DNA from: Candidatus Azotimanducaceae bacterium
GTDB lineage: Bacteria > Pseudomonadota > Gammaproteobacteria > Pseudomonadales > Azotimanducaceae
Assembly: GCA_965220235.1 (NCBI GenBank)
Contig: CBDCPL010000001.1
Location: 70 to 64,069, forward strand
DNA length: 64,000 bases
Reading direction: 5' to 3'
Position 1 is the first letter of the stretch, and each line of letters opens with the position of its first letter. Made by a program: the position numbers and the translations under genes. Below the pieces are notes generated by a model that did no database searches, was not told where the DNA came from, and was given only the letters and a program-made list of their open reading frames with translations. Shown here piece by piece: positions 62,113 through 64,000 of the stretch.

Positions 62113-62318
62113 AGAGAACCTTGCCTCACCCCGCCCAACAATATCGCTGCCCATTCCTCATGTCTGGCAGGCTCTGGATCAGGCTCTTCGACGCCCGCAC
62201 ACGCATAGCACGCCGGCACTGCTTCGTTCCTTTCGTTCTGCATTATTGCATAGGCGGGGGCGTAGCAATCTGGCGTAGTGCAGAGGTCTGGCGGGTCTGA
62301 TAAGGTGTTATCGAACAT
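62109..62318 (-). CDS. Small Cys-rich protein
   Basis: It starts MFDNTLSDPPDLCTTPDCYAP...ACYAC, and its stop overlaps the next ATG (ATGA). Confidence 0.45.
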   Translation of the reverse strand: MFDNTLSDPPDLCTTPDCYAPAYAIMQNERNEAVPACYACAGVEEPDPEPARHEEWAAILLGGVRQGSL

Positions 62319-62694
62319 TTGCTGATAGCCTCTTGTTGTAGAGAAAGAGAGCAACAATCGCGTCAACATCGGTAGGTCGCCAACGGCAAACTTCCACCCG
62401 ACCACCGACCGCCTCTAACTTCTCAAGCCACATCTTCTGCTCTTTGCTGAACTTGCCTTTCATAGTCTTCAACTCCGCAAAGACCAAAGCACTCGATCCG
62501 TCCTGAAATTGCTTCACTAGGCAGAGGTCTGGGAAGCCACGATTCGATGGAAACCGAGCGTGGAAATGTAGCCAGCCGCAAACCTCAGCGATTCGCTCGA
62601 CCGCCATTTGAAAGCGCTTCTCTTTCATATCTGGATGGATGTATCGCGCGCAATTCAAAACTAATTCACGCCTCTCATTCCAGTTTTCAATCAT
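62308..62694 (-). CDS. VRR-NUC domain nuclease (copy 2)
   Basis: EKRFQMAVERIAEVCGWLHFH...GFPDLCLV...VFAELKTMKGKFSKEQKMWLEKL. Confidence 0.7.
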   Translation of the reverse strand: MIENWNERRELVLNCARYIHPDMKEKRFQMAVERIAEVCGWLHFHARFPSNRGFPDLCLVKQFQDGSSALVFAELKTMKGKFSKEQKMWLEKLEAVGGRVEVCRWRPTDVDAIVALFLYNKRLSANVR

Positions 62695-62942
62695 GATGTC
62701 TCCTCATTGATCTTCCTGCGGTAATGCTCCCGACTGACCGCTCGCCTTCGATCTCGCTGGCAAGTGATGCATCGCACAGATCGCCCGTGCAAATGATCAA
62801 TTGGCTTCGCACAGTCAAGGCATTGTCGTCCGATTTTGGGGAGTGTCTTGAGTAGTTTTTGCTCCCGCGCCTCCAGCACGGCAATCAATTGACGGATCTC
62901 CTTGAGTTCCTCTTTTATGCGGAAATTGCCGCGTATTTGCAT
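62691..62942 (-). CDS. Zinc-ribbon protein
   Basis: CLDC...CITC after a coiled-coil N-terminus. The ATG follows AGAGAGG. Confidence 0.55.
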   Translation of the reverse strand: MQIRGNFRIKEELKEIRQLIAVLEAREQKLLKTLPKIGRQCLDCAKPIDHLHGRSVRCITCQRDRRRAVSREHYRRKINEETS

Positions 62943-62978
62943 GATATAACCTCTCTGGATACTTACGCCTAATTTTAC

Positions 62979-62987
62979 ATTATATCA
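62979..62987 (-). promoter_or_regulatory. Extended -10 promoter TGATATAAT
   Basis: The minus strand reads AAGATGATATAATG, ~36 nt upstream of ATG 62942. Confidence 0.5.
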
Positions 62988-63029
62988 TCTTAAAATTGAA
63001 TTTAATGCTAAAATCTAGGGGTCATACCC

Positions 63030-63051
63030 CAAGTCGAGCGCAAGTCGAGCG
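63030..63051. repeat. Iteron cluster L: 2 tandem copies of CAAGTCGAGCG
   Basis: Exact tandem 11-mers, in inverted orientation relative to cluster R. Confidence 0.8.
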
Positions 63052-63243
63052 CCTAGCCCAATCCCCGCAGTTGGCGTAATACACCACAATTGAGTATTTT
63101 CAACCACCTCTAAAATAGTTAAATAAATCAAACAATTAGTCGAAATATATATATTAAATAGGACAGCTAAAAAAAACTTGACCAGCTAATATTTATCAAG
63201 ATTTTAACGCAACTGAAGCGCGCTTTAGATGGGGACTGACCAC

Positions 63244-63287
63244 TGCTCGACTTGCGCTCGACTTGCGCTCGACTTGCGCTCGACTTG
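63244..63287. repeat. Iteron cluster R: 4 tandem copies of CGCTCGACTTG (the first copy begins with T)
   Basis: 11-bp period with no spacers. It is separated from cluster L by ~190 bp that includes a strongly A/T-rich tract (~63095-63176). Confidence 0.8.
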
Positions 63288-63325
63288 ATATAAAATCTAC
63301 TGTTTGAATGCGCGGTGGAATACCG

Positions 63326-64000
63326 CTAGGATTTGATCGATCTGACCCAGTTTTCGCCGATCCGTTTGGATTCGGATTTACGGCGAATGGCGGTAATAGC
63401 ACTTCTGGCGCTGACTGATGCGACCTCTTGTACCAGAGGGATCAGTTCGTCCATCCGCATGTTGCCCTGCTCGGTGAGTATCTGTTCGACGGCGTTCATG
63501 CCGTGTAGGACTTCTTCGGTTTCCTCTTGCATGTCTGCCTGTGCTTTTTGGTCGATGGCACGCACGCGTTCTTCGACTTTAGGTGAGTAGGCGGCGAGGA
63601 GACTTTCGGGGGAGTTGTGCTGGACTGCACCGAACTCGATGACGGGGTGTCCGTCTACTATTTCGGCTTCGTAATGGTAGCCGACATTGCCTTCGGCGAT
63701 GTTGGTCTTGGTGACCGCCAGCATGCCGAATTTAGAACGACCTTGCCCCATGTCGTTGGCTATGGCTTCTTCGGTGGCTTGCTTGCGGTTGATGACAGCA
63801 ACTTGCATGACGCTTCTAGCGACGGCTGTCCACGCCTGCGATCCCATGACTCTATCGACAGCTGCTTCGCCCTGTATCTTGTCCTTGCGCTCGTGGTGTA
63901 TGCCGAGAACTGCACAACCGCTATCGAGGAGCGGAGTGAGTCGTGATATTTGCGCGCGTATCTGCGAGGGATCGTTGTTGTTTTTGCCTTCGAGCAAAGC
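63326..64000 (-). CDS. C-terminal part of a RepA/DnaB-like (AAA_25-type) helicase; the ORF enters from beyond the right window edge
   Basis: SGCAVLGIHHERKD...MGSQAWTAVARSV is the sensor/arginine-finger region pattern of RepA-like helicases. There is no start codon context at the edge. Confidence 0.65.
   Translation of the reverse strand, partial: ALLEGKNNNDPSQIRAQISRLTPLLDSGCAVLGIHHERKDKIQGEAAVDRVMGSQAWTAVARSVMQVAVINRKQATEEAIANDMGQGRSKFGMLAVTKTNIAEGNVGYHYEAEIVDGHPVIEFGAVQHNSPESLLAAYSPKVEERVRAIDQKAQADMQEETEEVLHGMNAVEQILTEQGNMRMDELIPLVQEVASVSARSAITAIRRKSESKRIGENWVRSIKS

Noticed and set aside
63178-63210. A plus-strand promoter, TTGACC preceded by an A8 tract, pointing into the right iterons
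   Set aside because: There is no acceptable -10 hexamer at 16-18 nt spacing. I mention it only as a weak possibility in the origin finding.
63244-63287. Tandem 11-mers as a possible CRISPR array
   Set aside because: The repeats are contiguous with no spacers, are only 11 bp long, and have an inverted partner cluster. This fits iterons, not CRISPR.
63196-63402. A 68-aa minus-strand ORF across the right iteron cluster
   Set aside because: It is built from the repeats and the helicase 3' end, has no RBS and is low in complexity.
1-64000. Direct circular junction of position 64000 to position 1 restoring one helicase ORF
   Set aside because: The frames do not match: two leftover nt at the left edge against a codon boundary at 64000. 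The Walker B region is also absent, so sequence must be missing if this is one gene.
1-64000. Lysogeny module or prophage borders
   Set aside because: I recognised no integrase, excisionase, cI-like repressor or att-like repeats. Three RHH proteins alone do not justify calling the phage temperate. I also found no tRNA-like sequences.

Overview
The window reads as one almost complete genome of a tailed dsDNA phage with a contractile tail. I saw no cellular housekeeping genes, rRNA, tRNA, CRISPR array, integrase or DNA polymerase gene. All calls come from reading the sequence and ORF track by eye. No database search was run, so family names are motif-level recognitions and many start codons are approximate.

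Layout:
- (a) 1-1366, minus strand: a ribbon-helix-helix (RHH) regulator, then a PrimPol/P-loop helicase gene that runs off the left edge. Its probable C-terminal part sits at the right edge (63326-64000).
- (b) 1398-12344, plus strand: an early operon of tightly coupled small ORFs. It holds a 3.2-kb island of four DNA methyltransferase-type genes, two copies of a promoter/leader/stem-loop cassette, a 300-nt structured non-coding gap, and a recombination module (DUF669-type SSB, Erf, YqaJ exonuclease).
- (c) 12345-50752, minus strand: the late genes. In transcription order these are prohead protease-scaffold, cement protein, major capsid, connectors, two giant repeat proteins and other fibre-like proteins, a lysis cassette (GH24 endolysin, membrane proteins, spanins), an accessory cassette with an exported nuclease, the baseplate and a 10xFN3 fibre, then neck, sheath, tube, frameshifted chaperones and tape measure.
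- (d) 50849-51578, plus strand: small genes.
- (e) 51607-56812, minus strand: portal and a 1255-aa MuF/zincin polyvalent protein.
- (f) 56840-57742, plus strand: a structural-type gene.
- (g) 57739-61490, minus strand: TerS, ParB-like protein, a small TM ORF, and TerL interrupted by a class-3-like intein carrying a LAGLIDADG endonuclease.
- (h) 61539-62942: an RHH gene and two VRR-NUC nucleases with zinc-ribbon ORFs.
- (i) 62943-63325: an iteron/AT-rich origin-like region.

Most interesting observations: the exported-nuclease envelope cassette; TAAAAT boxes placed 7-9 nt from the ATG at the heads of four late units, which suggests leaderless mRNAs; the methyltransferase island with a repeat-bearing Dam-like gene; the TerL intein; the iteron origin, which has an extra iteron copy in the structured early gap; and the duplicated regulatory cassettes.
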